In this document: piece after piece, positions 62,941-64,000 of the stretch
How the letters are laid out: each line of letters starts with the position of its first letter
Position numbering within the stretch: position 1 is the first letter of the stretch
NCBI GenBank assembly: GCA_013265495.1
Contig: MU058198.1
Span: forward strand, 5,409,779 to 5,473,778
Reading direction: 5' to 3'
Length of the DNA stretch: 64,000 bases
Source of the DNA: Vicugna vicugna
Lineage: Eukaryota
The notes under the pieces: model-generated
Databases searched by the model: none
What the model was told of the DNA's origin: nothing
Seen by the model: only the letters and a program-made list of their open reading frames with translations
Program-made: the position numbers and the translations under genes

Positions 62941-63534
62941 GACAACCAGGTGTGTGCTTGTGTGTGTGCCTGCAGTTTAGGTTTTATATTGGGTTTTTTT
63001 GTTGTGGTGGTGGTGGTAGTGGTTGTCGTTGTGCTGTCTTACCAGAAGAAGGAGGATGGATCCCAGACAGGTAAAAACAACCCGTGTCCATAGTATCATC
63101 ATGGATGTGTTTATTTTGTTTATTTGAGCCTTTGAAAGTGCTGTGGATTCGTGTGAACAAAGACTGGAGCAGGGATGTCAGACATGCAATGCCCTGGTTA
63201 CTGCCACACCTTCCTACACTCATGGCCGACATGACTAATCCACTGCAAGCCCACTCAACCCTCTTTTCTATTGATCCTACTTGGGTTGTCATCAGTCAAT
63301 CTGAATGAGAACTATTTGTCACCCCTGAGTGGGGGGACAGGGAGCCTAACTGTATTCCTCTCTCTTGGATGCCATACCTCTGATCTTTTTCAAGTAGAAG
63401 GAGACCGTTGACGGAAAGGTGGGGCTAGAGGATCTCTTGTATCTCCAAGGGAAGAAACGTGTCCAAACTACAGAGGTGGACTTTGCACTGAGATGTCTTG
63501 AACACCAGCCGGGAGTGTGTTCTCCCAGCACGAA

Positions 63535-63760
63535 GAGCCCAGGAATCAGATTGCTGTGTCTAAATCCTGTCTTCACTGCCCACTAAGTCTGTGATCTTGG
63601 GTAAATCGCTTCACCTCCGTCAGCTACCTTATTCATCTGTGAAGTGTAAATAACAACTCCTCCCAGGTCACTGTGAGGACTGAAGGGGACGATTCAGGCA
63701 AAGCACTCAGCCCAACACATACGTACGCATTCAAAAAATGGAAGTTACCTTTGTAATCAT
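63535..63760 (+). mobile_element. MIR SINE
   Basis: ctgtgatcttgggtaaatcgcttcacctc...tcatctgtgaagtg...tgtgaggactgaa...aaagcactcagc. Confidence 0.75.
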
Positions 63761-64000
63761 AGTTAATATACCTTCCTGCTGTTTTCCATCTTCCAGGCAC
63801 TTTTTTTTTAATTCAGTTGAGGAAGTCAGAAAATTAAGATAACCAAGTGGTTTAGTGACAATGTTATGTAAAACTGTCTCCCTGTGGATCCTCCAAGCTG
63901 TCTAGAGAACAGCATTTGAATTTCCAAAAGTAACTCAGTAAACTCTCTTATCTTTGTGGAATGGGGAGGCTGGTTAATCAAATATAGAGAAATCAGAGTT

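Noticed and set aside
1..64000. CRISPR array, operon or prokaryotic defence system
   Set aside because: The sequence is mammalian, and there are no regularly spaced direct repeats or intact gene clusters.

Overview
This is mammalian nuclear DNA, most likely from a camelid (camel, alpaca or llama). The taxon call rests on two tRNA-derived SINEs of the vic-1 type plus a recurring lineage-specific L1 3' end. I find no protein-coding exon, RNA gene or CRISPR array that I can support. The ORFs in the six-frame track are chance ORFs, microsatellite artefacts or degraded retroelement frames. The window looks intergenic or deep intronic and is dominated by transposable elements: L1 of several ages, L2, MIR, a CR1/L3 fossil, a HAL1-like element, MaLR (MLT1) and ERVL (MLT2, LTR16) LTRs, and hAT and Tigger DNA transposons. 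Between them lie several repeat-free, homeobox/octamer-motif-dense blocks that look like enhancers, and one small CpG-enriched promoter-like island near 46.6-47.3 kb. The most noteworthy items are: a fossil CR1 reverse transcriptase that can still be read as protein; a two-LTR MaLR element that carries a tiny retroposed polyadenylated RNA end; two L1 insertions with twin-priming inversion geometry; a ~40-bp micro-L1; and the candidate promoter with a first-exon donor. I see no convincing evidence of a new multi-gene system. Repeat family names come from my recall of consensus sequences, not from a search, and boundaries are approximate unless a target-site duplication (TSD) is given.
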